Program-made: the position numbers and the translations under genes | In this document: one piece after another, positions 45,753 to 56,886 of the stretch | How positions within the stretch are numbered: position 1 is the first letter of the stretch | Layout: every line of letters begins with the position of its first letter | Notes under the pieces: model-generated | What the model was told of the DNA's origin: nothing | The model's input: only the letters and a program-made list of their open reading frames with translations | The model's database searches: none | NCBI GenBank assembly: GCA_965240325.2 | Contig: OZ251222.1 | Span: 806,001-870,000, forward strand | Reading direction: 5' to 3' | DNA length: 64,000 bases | Source of the DNA: Rebecca billardiae RCC1528 | Lineage: Eukaryota; Protista; Haptophyta

Positions 45753-48224
45753 ATGTCGCTGCCGCTACTCCGCGTGGTGAGCACCCCCGCCGGTGCGGGC
45801 GACGAGTCTTCCCGAGACCCAGCGGTCGCCCCACCGGGGTGCAAGCATGTCGTCATCGACGCGTGCGCCGGCTGGGCGGAGCTCCAGGTGGCCCTGCACG
45901 CAGCGGTGGTGGCTGCGCTGGACGGCCGGCCAGCTGGGCAGGGCGACGCGTTCAGCGCGCTGCGTGCTCTCGTGGGCGCCGACACCGTCATCCTCGTGCG
46001 CGCTCTCCCGGCGGTCGGCGCCGCTGCCGCGCCGCACGTGCACCGTCTGTTTGAGACGGCTGTGCGCGCTCTCTCACACGGTGACGGCAAGCACAGCTTG
46101 ACGATCGTGCTCGAGGGCTGGGCGGAGGCGCAGGTGCTTGCGCCTACGATGGGCGTGGCCGCCGCCGTGCGCCCGTTCCGCAGCTCCCAGCCAGCCGCGC
46201 CCGTCGCGGCGGCGCCTCAGCCCACGCCGGCGGTCGCGGCCGCGCTGCCCGTCGCAGCGGCGGCCGTGGCGACCGCGCGGGCGGAGACGTCGGCGTCGTC
46301 CGGCACCTGGGCGGATGACGTCGAGGCCGATGGCGCGCACAGCGCGCCGCCGCCGGCACCGCCGGCGCGGGCGCCGACCGCTCCGCCGGTTACGCCTGCG
46401 CCGCAGCCTCCGACGGCCGCGCCGCCGCGGCAGGCCGCGCCGCCGGAGCCGACGCCTGCGGTGCCCTCGGCCGCTGCGCTCGAGGCGCAGGCGCGGGCGG
46501 ATGAGGCGGCGGCGGCCGCTCTGATGGATGACGCGCACGACCCGGACCTCGCGGCAGCGACCGCCGCGTCCGCGGAGGAGGACAGCTGGGTCACGGTCGA
46601 CACGAAGAAGAGCAGGCGAACCAAAGGCGCAGGCGGCGAGGGCGGAACTGGGGTGGGCGCGGGCGCGAGCGGCGGCGCCGGCTCCGGCGGGGCCGGTGGT
46701 GGCAGCTCGGTCTCGCCGCCCGTCGCGCGCGGGGGCGGCGGCCGGCCCGCTGAGCGCGACGACCGGCGCGGCGGTCGCGAGCCGCGTGCGGCGGGCGACG
46801 CCAACGGGCGGCGCGACGGTGCGCGCGCCGCGCGCCCTCCGCGCCTCCCATGCGCCGCCGCCCTGCGCGCGCGCGCGCCAGCGGGGGCTGCTGAGCTGGC
46901 CCTCCATACATACGCACTCGGCGTGCCGACGCCCCTCCCGCCGCATAGCGAGGGGCCCGCATCCGCGCGTGACGGCTCACACGGGCGCGCCCTGCGCACC
47001 ACCGCCCGCGCGCGCGCTCGTGCACAGGTGGGCGCCCGCCGTCCGAGCGCCGTGACGATCGGCGCGCCGCCCGCGCTGACGATGGCGGGCGCCGCAACGG
47101 CGTGGGCGGACCGGCCGGGAGGGAAGGTGGCGGGCGCGGCCCGCCGTCTGCACCGCTCGTGATCACGCCCGGCCCGGTGCCCGACGACCTTGGCGCGTTC
47201 GAGGACGGCATGATCTTCGGCTGCAAGAAGGAGACCTCCGGGGAGAACGAGCGGCGCGGGCTGCTCGGCCTCCCTGTGCATCACATCAAGACGGTGCGTG
47301 TGCGCGCGTGTTGCGTGCGCGTGTGTGTGTGCGTGTGCGCGCGTGTTGCGTGCGCGTGTGTGTGTCTGCGCGTGTGTGTGTGCGTGTGTGTGCGTGTTGC
47401 GTGCGCGCGTGTGTGTGCGTGTGCGTGTGTGTGCGCGCGCGCGCGCGTCTGTGTTTGCGTGTGTGTGCGCAGGCCACGGCAGGCGGGCCAGAGTGTGTGC
47501 GAGCGTGTGGTGCCGCGCGGCTGTGGCGCGGGCTGCACCGAGCGCTGTGCACGCGCTGCCGCTGCCGCCACGGCACGGCCTGCACCGGCCGCGCGGCGCG
47601 GCTGTGCGCCTGCGTGCCGCCTCGGCGCGCTCCAACCATCGCCTCCCGCCGCGCGCGCCCGTTCGCGCGCGCGCGCCTCCGCCGCGCCGCGCCGCACAGG
47701 TTGAGCGCATCCAGCCGGGGCGCACGGCGCTCTTCGTCTTCCACTACAACTCGCGCGAGCTGCACGCGCTGTACGCGCCCACGTGCAAGGGCGGGCTCAA
47801 CATCGAGAAGGACGCATACGTCGAGATCGCGAAGAAGCTGTCGCACAAGCACGGTAGCGTGCAGCCGCCGCACCCGGAGGGCGGCTCGCCCTTCCCCGCG
47901 CAGGTCCGGTACCGGACCGTGTTCCAGTTCACGCCGCTGCAGGAGTGGCAGTGGCAGCACGTCGTCGAGTACCAGAAGTTCACGCACCACTTCAAGTTCT
48001 GGCTCGAGAAGGCGCAGGTGGAGCAGCTCCTGGCGCTCTTCCGTCAGAACCACGGCAAGCCGCAGCCGCCGCGCCCGGTGCGGCGCGACGACGAGCGCCG
48101 CTCGCAGCCGCAGGCGGACGGGCAGCGATCCGCGGCCGATGCGAAGGGTGGCGCTGTCGGCGGCACGGAGCAGCCCGCGGCGCCAAAGCCAGCGGCGGCG
48201 GCGGCTGCGGAGGCGAGCAGCTGA
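45753..48224 (+). CDS. DCD (development and cell death) domain protein; exons 45753-46818, 47028-47293, 47700-48224
   Basis: GMIFGCKKETSGENERRGLLGLP..|VERIQPGRTALFVFHYNSRELHALY..GGLNIEKDAY..SPFPAQVRY. GT-AG introns 46819-47027 and 47294-47699; the second contains a degenerate TG/CG repeat. Confidence 0.8.
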
Positions 48225-48861
48225 GCCTCCGCTTCCCTTCTCTCCGCGAATCTTCGCATGCTGCACGCACACATGTCGTGCGTGTGTGCCCCGGCGCTGT
48301 ACGGCACGCCCCCCCTCTCCATGAGCCCCCGACGCACACGCACACGCAGACCCGCTCGACCTGTGCCAGCGTGCGGCAGGGCCCCGCCGCCTGCTACCGG
48401 ACGTCTTGCGTCCTCCGAGGGAGCGCGATGCGGCGATGCCCGCCCCGGGCACTCGCCCGGCCCCGATGCCGACTTGATGCAGCTCAAGACTTACAGTTTA
48501 TTTGTTTTAACGTGCGTAAGGCTCACGGTGGCAGGTTGCCGCGCCATCCTTCATCGCACGCTCTCCGAAGAGAAGGGCTCCGCTGGCTAACCAGTTTAGT
48601 GTTTACGCTACTAACTAGTCGTATCGTATAGTAGCAGCTCCGAACCTGAGGCGGCCACCGCGTGACCAGGCGGACTGAACCGTCTGACGGGACGACTACA
48701 ATCTACATTTAACGTACGGTCATTGAATAATCATCGTCAATCAACCGACGTTACAACCGTCGTGCATCAACTGAGTTGACCCGGCTGGCCGGCTGGGACC
48801 GTCACCGATGTCGACGATGATACAGTGTAACAGTGACGACTCTGACGACAGCGATCCGCCA

Positions 48862-51402
48862 TCAGACCAGCCCGGTGACGGACGCAATCTCCTTTGCGCG
48901 CACCTCTGTGAGGTGCTCGCGGTTGTGCTTGCGCATGGCGTCGAGCAAAGCGCGCTGTGCCTTGTCGGCGCCGCGGAAGCACGCGGCCCCGAGCAGCGCG
49001 TCCGCGTCCCACTCCTCGCGTCCGAGCGCGCTGAGAAGCTCGGCGACCTCGTGCATCGTGCTCGCCGCCATCAGCTGCTTCGCGCCGAACTTCATCAGCG
49101 CGGCGCCCACGAGCGAGAGCACGAGCGGCCCGTCGAAGAGCAGCACGTCCCACACGCGCAGGACGGTCTCCGAGGGCAGCGAGGTGGCGAACAGGCTCAT
49201 GAACCAGGGGGTGGTGACGAAGGAGGTGGGCATGCCCACCTCCTCGATGTGCGCGGCGAGCTGCGGCAGGATCGCCACGAGCAGCCGGTTGAAGCTCTCC
49301 TGCTGCGCGCAGATCCCCTCCATCTGGTACGAATAAAAGTCGGGCGCGAGCCGCTCGACCAAACACGACAGCAGCCAGAAGGAGCACTCCTCGTCGAACG
49401 ACGTCGCGACGAGGAGCATGGCGCAGACGTAGTTGAGCGCCTGGCAGTACCCGACGCGGGGGCAGTGCAGCGCGAACGCGAGCAGCACGCGCCGCAGCGC
49501 CGCGCGGCCGAGGCTCTCGTCCGTCGCAAAGTGCGGGTGGCGCGGGTAGGTGCGGTGCAAGTCGCGCTCGACCTCGGAGGCGACGCAGCGGGGCACGACG
49601 TGCACCGCTTTGGCGCAGAGGACGTCGTAGTAGCCCGGCAGCCGGTGGAGGTAGCGCTGGGCGCCGGAGGCGCGGAGCCACACGCGCACGCGCAGGCACG
49701 GCGGCACGCCCCGCCACACAAGCCAGTCCGGAGGCGGCGGCGGCTCGGCGGACAGTCCGGCCCGCTCACCACCCGCCAGCCAGCGCTGCCAGCCGCGCTC
49801 GGCCGCGAGCGCGGACTCGCTGACCCCGGAGTGGCGAGGGCGGCGGTGGAGCCACGCGGCGAAGCTCGATGCCTCGCTCTCGGTGAGCACGAAGCCGTGC
49901 TGGTCGGTCATCGACACGGCCGAGCCCTCCGCGCTCACCGGCGTGCCCGCGGCCGAGGACGCCGCGAGCACAGCCTCGCTGATCGCGCCGCCCGGCGGGC
50001 GCGGCGAGAGCGTCGCGCGGGGCAGCGGCGACTGCGGCTCGGGGGGCGGGCCGTCGAGGTGCGGCGAGGCGGCGCCGATGCGGAGCGAGGTCTGGCACGC
50101 AGCGTACAGCGCGAGGAAGCGGAGCCAGCGGTCGAGCTCGTGCGCGCCCGTGCAGTAGAACACGCGCTCCTCGTAGGCGGGCCCGCTGAGGTTGGGCGGC
50201 GACAACTGCTTCAGGCCGGCTCGGCGCGGCGGCGCGGCCGGCACGTACCACGCGATGACGAAGCCGAAGAGCATCCGCGCGTCGCGCCGAGCCGAGCGCT
50301 GCGCCGCGCCCGTGAGCGTGGCCACGGAGTTCGCGCGGCGCGGGCCGTCCGCGGGCGCGCGCGCCTCGAGAGAGAGCGTCGTCGCCGCCTGCGACAGCCG
50401 ACGCGTGCCCCGGAGTGGCACGCGCGCGAGGTCGAAGCTGGTGGGCGCGCGCGCGGCCGCCGCGGAGACCGCCGCGGCGATCAGCCGCCACTCGGCCTCC
50501 GCCTGGTCGTCGGGCAGCGCGAGGCGCAGCACGGCGCCGCGGAGCGAGATGTCCAGCTTGGACGAGCGCGCCGCGCCGCGCACCCGCGCCTCGGGCGCCG
50601 ACGCGTAGACCTGCAGCCAGCCGTCCGAGGTGATCCGACACCAGAGCTGCTTCCACGCGCTCGTGCGCCGGCCGCGCTTGAGCAGCCAGCCGGAGCAGAG
50701 CTCCTCGCAGCCGGCGCTCGGCCGGCGCGAGCGCGCCGCTGCGAGCGGCGGCTCAAGCTCGGCGTCGGCGCCCTCGCTCGACGCGGTGCTCACGCGCGCG
50801 CGCTGGCTCCGCCGCCGTCGCAACGAGCTGCTTTGGCGGCGCGACAGCGGCCGCCCATCGAGCACGACGCCCTCGCGCGCCGAGAGCGCGACGAGGGAGT
50901 GCCGAGCGCCCGAGTCAAGGTCGCGCGCCTCGTACATCAGGTCCACGTCGGCGATCGACAGCGTCATCCCGCTGTCCAGGTCGACGATGCGCGACCACGC
51001 GGGCGACTCGTGTGGCTCGCTCCCCTCGCCGCCCGACTCGGAGCCCGTCGTCTCCTCCTCGTCGTCGGCGAGCACGAAGTCGTCGGCGTCCTCCGCGTCC
51101 TCGTCCTCGTACTCGCCCTCGTACGCGTCCTCCTCCTCCTCCTCGTCGTCAATATCAACGCCCACCTCGCCGTCAACCTCCCCGTTCGGCTCGCCGCCGT
51201 CGCGCGCCTCGCGCTGCGCATGCTCGCCGCGGCGCCGCTGCTCGCTCAGGAGATCATCCCCGTCGGCGGAAGCTCTCGCACTCTCGTCAGAAGCGGCAGC
51301 CTCGGGAGCGTGCGCCCTTTCTGGGAGGGAGACGGGCGTGCGTAGTGATCCCCACAAGGCTGCTTCCGCGGCCGCCGCGGGCGCAGCATCAGGGGTGGCC
51401 AT
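48862..51402 (-). CDS. PH-domain + TBC (Rab-GAP) protein
   Basis: PH-like SGWLLKRGRRTSAWKQLWC..ELDRWLRFL. TBC GVPPCLRVRVW, ERDLHRTYP (Arg finger), GYCQALNY (Gln finger), WFMSLF, TVLRVWDVLLFDG. ATG at 51402. Confidence 0.88.
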   Translation of the reverse strand: MATPDAAPAAAAEAALWGSLRTPVSLPERAHAPEAAASDESARASADGDDLLSEQRRRGEHAQREARDGGEPNGEVDGEVGVDIDDEEEEEDAYEGEYEDEDAEDADDFVLADDEEETTGSESGGEGSEPHESPAWSRIVDLDSGMTLSIADVDLMYEARDLDSGARHSLVALSAREGVVLDGRPLSRRQSSSLRRRRSQRARVSTASSEGADAELEPPLAAARSRRPSAGCEELCSGWLLKRGRRTSAWKQLWCRITSDGWLQVYASAPEARVRGAARSSKLDISLRGAVLRLALPDDQAEAEWRLIAAAVSAAAARAPTSFDLARVPLRGTRRLSQAATTLSLEARAPADGPRRANSVATLTGAAQRSARRDARMLFGFVIAWYVPAAPPRRAGLKQLSPPNLSGPAYEERVFYCTGAHELDRWLRFLALYAACQTSLRIGAASPHLDGPPPEPQSPLPRATLSPRPPGGAISEAVLAASSAAGTPVSAEGSAVSMTDQHGFVLTESEASSFAAWLHRRPRHSGVSESALAAERGWQRWLAGGERAGLSAEPPPPPDWLVWRGVPPCLRVRVWLRASGAQRYLHRLPGYYDVLCAKAVHVVPRCVASEVERDLHRTYPRHPHFATDESLGRAALRRVLLAFALHCPRVGYCQALNYVCAMLLVATSFDEECSFWLLSCLVERLAPDFYSYQMEGICAQQESFNRLLVAILPQLAAHIEEVGMPTSFVTTPWFMSLFATSLPSETVLRVWDVLLFDGPLVLSLVGAALMKFGAKQLMAASTMHEVAELLSALGREEWDADALLGAACFRGADKAQRALLDAMRKHNREHLTEVRAKEIASVTGLV

Positions 51403-51669
51403 CGCGGCCGGGCGCCGCCCAGTGCTCTGCAGGCTGTGTCCGGCCAAGGTCCGGCGCTGGGCGTGAACGTGGTGGCTCCGCGTCGTCGCAGGACTTCGTT
51501 CGGGCCAACTGGCGTCGGTGTCGTCCAACCGTGAAAAGTGGAAACAGCAATTCGTGCTTGCTGGTTTTGCAGCTGCCTGATTCGTGCGCGCGCGCCTCAT
51601 CGTCGGCCTCTGCCCACCGCAGCCTCGCCCACTTCCCGCACGTGAGCGGCTCGCGCCCCTCCGCATACG

Positions 51670-53949
51670 ATGGAGGAGGCGTCGCGGCAGGAGTGGATCG
51701 CATACTACGTGCGCACCGGCCAGCTCGACCGCGCCAAGTCGCTGGGCTACGAACACGATCGGATGGCCAAGCGGCTGCAGCGCCATGCTCGCAAGTACAT
51801 TGACCGCAAGGACGATGCAGCGAGGAGGGGCGTGCCGCTCAGCCGCCCGAGCGCGCGCGGCGGTGGCTCTGCGCCCGTCTCCTCGCCGTACGCGGCGCAA
51901 CGCTCGCCTCGCCGTTCCCAGCGGCCCGAGCCGGCCTACGAGCCGGGCTACTCGAGGGCGCCAGGCGGCGACACGGGCTCCTATCCGCCGCCGCCGGTCG
52001 ACACGAGCCAGCGGTCCGTTGACCCGAGCAAGCTGACGAAGGAGGGCTTCCTCTCGATGATCTACACCCCCGGCGCGCTCGCCACCCCGCACTCCATGCG
52101 CTCGAGCCGCTCCACCTCCAGCGCCTCGATGCCAGACGGTCGAGGCCAGTACCCGCGCGCGGCCGCGCGCGCTGCGCACTCGCAGCCGCCGCCGCACGGA
52201 TCGAACGGGCAGCCGCGCGGGCTCAGCCCGGGCGCGGACGAGCGCGGTCGACCCGGGTCGGTCATGGAGGACCCAGCCTGGCCGCCCGGCAGCCCGCGCG
52301 AGCGTGACCGGCTCTCACCGACCCGGCCGCCGCCGAGCACACTCCGGCCGTCGCCGCCGCACGCGCGCGGCGCGGCGCGCAGCGTCGATGAGCGCGCGGG
52401 CTCGCCGCGGCCCGTGCAGGCGCATGCGGAGCGCGGCGAGCGGCTCTCGCCGCACTACGAGCGCGCCAGCCCCCCGCACAGCCCGTACCCGCTCTCCCCG
52501 CGCGGCTCGCCACGCCCGACACCCAGCTCGGCCGCGGCGGCGCGCGACACCGAATTGGCTGCGGCTCGGCGCGCGGCTGAGCCGCCGACCGGCCCGCCGC
52601 CGAACGGAGTCTACGACCCGTATGCGCAGCCCGGGGCCTACGACGGGGGCGCGCACGAGCCCCGGGCGCGAGCGCCGAGGCCGCGGCCGGCGTCCGCAGG
52701 CCGCCTCGGCGCGGGCCGCCCCGCGCCGAGGCACACATACACGCACCCCACGCCTCGCGCGTACGGTGGTGCTGGCGGCTCCGAGCCTCAGCATGCGGCG
52801 GATGAGCCGCTCCGGCCGGGGCCGCTGCCGGAATGGTCGCACGCGCAGCGTCCGCCGCCGCGCGCGGCCGCGCCGAGCTCGGCGCGCGGCCGCGCGCCGG
52901 CTGGGTACGCGACGACGCGCGCGGTCTCGCCGCGCTCGGCGCCGGCGCACCCGGCCCAGCGCGCGCTGAGCGCGCGGCCACGCGATGACTATGCGCCGGC
53001 GCGCGCGTCACACGGCGCGCCCGCGGCGCCGCAGCCGCCGCCGCCAGGCGCGCGGCCGCCGAGGGCGCATGCCGGGCGGCCCTCGAGCGCGCTCGCCCAC
53101 CCGGGCGCCGGCGCGTACCCGTCGACACGCACCGCCCGCGGCTCGGCCACGCCGCGCACGCACGGCAGAGTCGCGCAGCGCTCGCCGCCGCACAGCCCGC
53201 GCTCGCCGCGCGGTACGCTCCGCCCTGCGGACGAGCTGACGAGCGGTGGCTCGCCGCGCGCGCCGCTCGAGCACCACGAGCTGGCACGCCAGTCGCGCAC
53301 GGTGCTGCGCAAGTCGACGGCGGCGCTGCTCGAGAGGCTGGCGCGGCAGATCGTCAGCGCCGACGCGGCGCGCATCACCGCCGAGCGATCGCTCAACGAC
53401 GTCCGCGCCGGCCGGCAGACCGCCATGGAGTGCGCCGCCGCCGTCGACGCACGAGTCGCCGAGCTCACGTCAGGCCGGCGCGTGCCGGCGCCGGGCTCGG
53501 ACGCGGACATGATGATCCGCAAGTTCCAGGCGGAGGAGCGCGTGGCGCGCCGCGTCGCGTCGGAGCTCACCGAGTCCGAGCACGCCCTCGACGAGCAGCT
53601 CGGCGTGCTCGAGACGTGCATCGTCGACATGCGCCACGACTGCGCCAACAAGGCGCACCTGCAGGAGCACCTGCTCGGGCCTGAGCCGGTGCACGCGGTG
53701 CGGCTGCCGTACCCGTCCCAGACGGAGGCGTTCCCGCTCTCGCCGGGGGTGCGCTCCACCGACGACCTGCTCGCGCTCAGCTCGCGGCTCACCGACGGCA
53801 CGCGCGCGCTGAGCAAGCGCGCCGCGGTGCAGAAGCGCGCTGGGCTCAACGCGATCAAGCAGGAGCAGTGGGTCGTCTCGCAGACGCGCACGGCGCGAAG
53901 CGCCTACAGCTCAGCCGCTCTCAGGAATGCGCCCGTCGCCTTGACGTAG
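51670..53949 (+). CDS. Pro/Arg-rich protein with IQ-like N-terminal motif and tektin-like C-terminal coiled coil
   Basis: N-terminus EWIAYYVRTGQLDRAKSLGY + AKRLQRHARKYIDRK; long low-complexity middle; helical tail DMMIRKFQAEE..LDEQLGVLETCIVDMRHDCANK. Confidence 0.6.
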   Translation: MEEASRQEWIAYYVRTGQLDRAKSLGYEHDRMAKRLQRHARKYIDRKDDAARRGVPLSRPSARGGGSAPVSSPYAAQRSPRRSQRPEPAYEPGYSRAPGGDTGSYPPPPVDTSQRSVDPSKLTKEGFLSMIYTPGALATPHSMRSSRSTSSASMPDGRGQYPRAAARAAHSQPPPHGSNGQPRGLSPGADERGRPGSVMEDPAWPPGSPRERDRLSPTRPPPSTLRPSPPHARGAARSVDERAGSPRPVQAHAERGERLSPHYERASPPHSPYPLSPRGSPRPTPSSAAAARDTELAAARRAAEPPTGPPPNGVYDPYAQPGAYDGGAHEPRARAPRPRPASAGRLGAGRPAPRHTYTHPTPRAYGGAGGSEPQHAADEPLRPGPLPEWSHAQRPPPRAAAPSSARGRAPAGYATTRAVSPRSAPAHPAQRALSARPRDDYAPARASHGAPAAPQPPPPGARPPRAHAGRPSSALAHPGAGAYPSTRTARGSATPRTHGRVAQRSPPHSPRSPRGTLRPADELTSGGSPRAPLEHHELARQSRTVLRKSTAALLERLARQIVSADAARITAERSLNDVRAGRQTAMECAAAVDARVAELTSGRRVPAPGSDADMMIRKFQAEERVARRVASELTESEHALDEQLGVLETCIVDMRHDCANKAHLQEHLLGPEPVHAVRLPYPSQTEAFPLSPGVRSTDDLLALSSRLTDGTRALSKRAAVQKRAGLNAIKQEQWVVSQTRTARSAYSSAALRNAPVALT

Positions 53950-55974
53950 AGCGCGCGCGCTGCTCGCTGATCATCATAGTAGCAGCAGTCGACAGGTTGC
54001 ACGGGAAACTGACCGCTTGGTGTTACATTTCGGCCCTTTGGAGTCGTTATTAATGGAGGAGCCTCCCGTCAGATGGCTGCCCGCCCACGGTGCCCTCGCG
54101 GGCCGTTGCTGTCCGCGCCATGTACGACTCAATGAGTCTTGCGCACGGTTTAGGCCGTGACTACTGACGCACATGTAGCAGACCGAGCCCTCCTCCCAAG
54201 CTCGCCAAGGGCCCGACCGCGTCATTTGAAGAGCATCATGCAGCCGCCACGAGCGTCATCATCCACTCGCCGACTCGGTCGGCGCGATACGTGTGAGAGG
54301 TTGCGACGGCGCGCAACTCCTCGTCATCGTCAGGAGTCAGCCAGCGAGCACCCTGCGGCCGCACCTCGGCGACCAAGCACACGCAAGGCAGACTCGACCT
54401 TGGGCGAGCCCAGGCGACCTCCGCCTCGAGCTGGATGCCACGCGTAGCAGCCTGAGTCGACGTCGTGGAAAGGCACACGCACGCATAGAGCATCAGACAG
54501 TGCGCCGCATCTGCCTGCCGGAGTGTACCATCACCGCGCCCGCGCGACCGGGTTGAAGAAGAAGCTGTCAACGACGAGCGAGCCGGCGTCCAGCGGAACG
54601 GGCGGTGCAGCCGGCGCCGCGCTGTGCGAACAGGGTGGAAGCCGACCGCTGCCGCGCGCGAAGTGAGCGAGCTGGCGCACGCCAGTCAGGTGCGCATGAC
54701 GCGGCGAAGAGGCGCGCTACCACCTACTCCACCTCGCGCGACCTAGTCTTGCTGCCGTGATCACACACGCGCGCGATCACTGACATACTCAACGTCGAGC
54801 GCCTGAGTGCTGTCTCGGAGGGTGCCTTCTCCCTCACTCAGGGCGTGCCTGTCAGCGTGGTCGAGCGCCGCGATCGTCGCCTCGGCCTGCTGAGCGTCAG
54901 CGAGGCGCTTGTCAAGGATCGCCTGCTTGCTGCGTCACGGCGCGCGAGCGCGCCACGCGAACGACCAAATGCGTGCGCTTCCGATACTTCTTGCCGGCGG
55001 CAAAGGCAGACTGCCCAGAGTTCGCCTGCTTGTCCGAGGACCCCGCGCCAGACGCCTGCACGGCCGGAGCAGCGGCCCGAGCTGCAACAGCAGAGGCCGC
55101 GCGCGCCGTAGCAAGCTTCGCCCTCGCGCGCTGCACGCCTTTGGCGAGCATCTCCTTCTGCTTCCTTAGCGCACTACGGTTGCCCGCCTTCTTCTACGAA
55201 GGCCTCGTGAGGCGAGCTTCACAAGCACTCGCGTGTGTGGTCCGAGCCACCTGAGCGCGTGCGCACGGTTGCGCGCTCGTGCGTACGGTATGAGCAGTGC
55301 AGCAGGAGACCAGCACACGTTCGTGCAAAGGTGCACGCGCATACCGCAACCGGCGCATCCTGCTCGTTCGCGACAGCAGCCTCCTTGAAGGCTCTATCTA
55401 CCACCTGTATCCAGGTCCCAGTTGTGCTTCTTCCCGATGCGCTTCCGCTTCGCGCCACTGCCGACGCGGGAGTGAGAGGAACTGGGCACCAGACTGCGGT
55501 ACCGATTGCGGGCGAACGGGGAGGCGGGCCGTGGCGGCGAAGGTCGGAAACCACTGGTATTTGTGTGTGGTTTCCAAGGACTCGCGCCACGCGCCGGCCG
55601 CCATGGGCCGGGCGCGATGTACCGAAAGACGGGGGGAGTGGGGACAGCGCGCGTCCACTGTGTCTGTGAATCGGGAACATCTGTCAGTCGCGGGCGGTCA
55701 TTTCTCCGTGCAACCTGTCCGAAGCTGACTGACACTAGTGACAGCTGAACTAGTAGCCGGCCTTACCGCCGACCGTCGCACAGACGTGCCGGCTGGGCGC
55801 CACAGGGACCCGCCACTGCGAACGAAGGCCCACTCTGACATTCCGATGACTCAACCGTCAACGCGCCAGTGGCCAGACCGTTGGCACTGATGTCACCGCG
55901 TCAAGCCGGCCGGCCATGTCGTGCCAGGTAAGGACATGCCATACGCTCGAGAGCGCGTCGGTGATCGGAAGCGC

Positions 55975-56622
55975 TTACGCCTTCACGGCGTACTTCCGCA
56001 GCGGGAAGTGCGTGTTCTTCTTCTTCTGCTTCAGAGTCACCGCCTTCGACTCTGCCTTAGTCAGGCGTCGCCGGATCGCGCGCGTCTTCTTTGTGCGCAG
56101 GTCAAGCGGCAGGAGCTTCTTCTCCGCGATGTAGAAGCTGCGCAGCGTCTCCTTCTGCTTCTGGTTCATCACCGTCAGCACGCGCGCGATCGATTTGCGG
56201 ACCTCCTTACTGCGCGTCGCACACAGCGGCGATTGCGGGGGGCATGAGTGGGTGGCGCATCACGGCCGGCGGTCCACCACGGCATCGCGCAGTGCCCGGC
56301 GCACACGGCGTGGCAGCGCTGGTCTGCACGCACATCTTTGACAGCTTCGATGCCGCACCACCCGTCACCTTCGCCACGCGCAGCTGCCCGAGCTCCGTCT
56401 TGAGCTCATCGAGCTGCTTCTGCAGGTCGCCCTTCGACTTCTCGCGGATCTCATACGCCTTCACCGACTGTGCGCGCAGGCACAGGCGTGGGGCCGCGGC
56501 GCGGCGCGGGTGAGGAATGCGCGCATACCCGCTCAATCGCCAGGGGGAGGGCGCCAGGCGCGCCATCGGCGGGCAGCTCGACGCGGCCGCGTGGCGTCCC
56601 AGCTCGCGCGCTCGCGCACCAT
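55975..56622 (-). CDS. RPL35: 60S ribosomal protein L35 (uL29); exons 56622-56620 (ATG only), 56467-56334, 56209-55975
   Basis: M|[45 protein letters not shown]|[39 protein letters not shown]; canonical GT-AG introns. Confidence 0.95.
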
Positions 56623-56886
56623 GGTGAGCGCCAGGCCTCGTGTCCACGCTGACTCGGCAGAGTCCGGTGTCCGCCTCCGCAGATCCCGGATTCTATGGCG
56701 GCGTTTTTCTCCCGTCTGCGCGAGTGCGCGGAAGCACTATGTAAGGAGCGGGTAATCCCTAATCAGCGCGGAATCTCGATTTCGAGTTCGTCTCAGACTG
56801 TCAGACAAGTCTTCTCACCGTCCTCAGGCGGTGGCAGCGGCGGGCGGGTTGCAGGTTGGCCAGCAGTCGCTCAAGGGACGGCCGCC

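Noticed and set aside
48808-51345. 845-aa plus-strand ORF (and similar antisense ORFs such as 58033-60981 and 1445-2986)
   Set aside because: Shadow frames of real genes caused by high GC3.
54200-55700. Possible transposase relic
   Set aside because: Protein-like snippets are broken by stops; no catalytic motif or termini could be identified.
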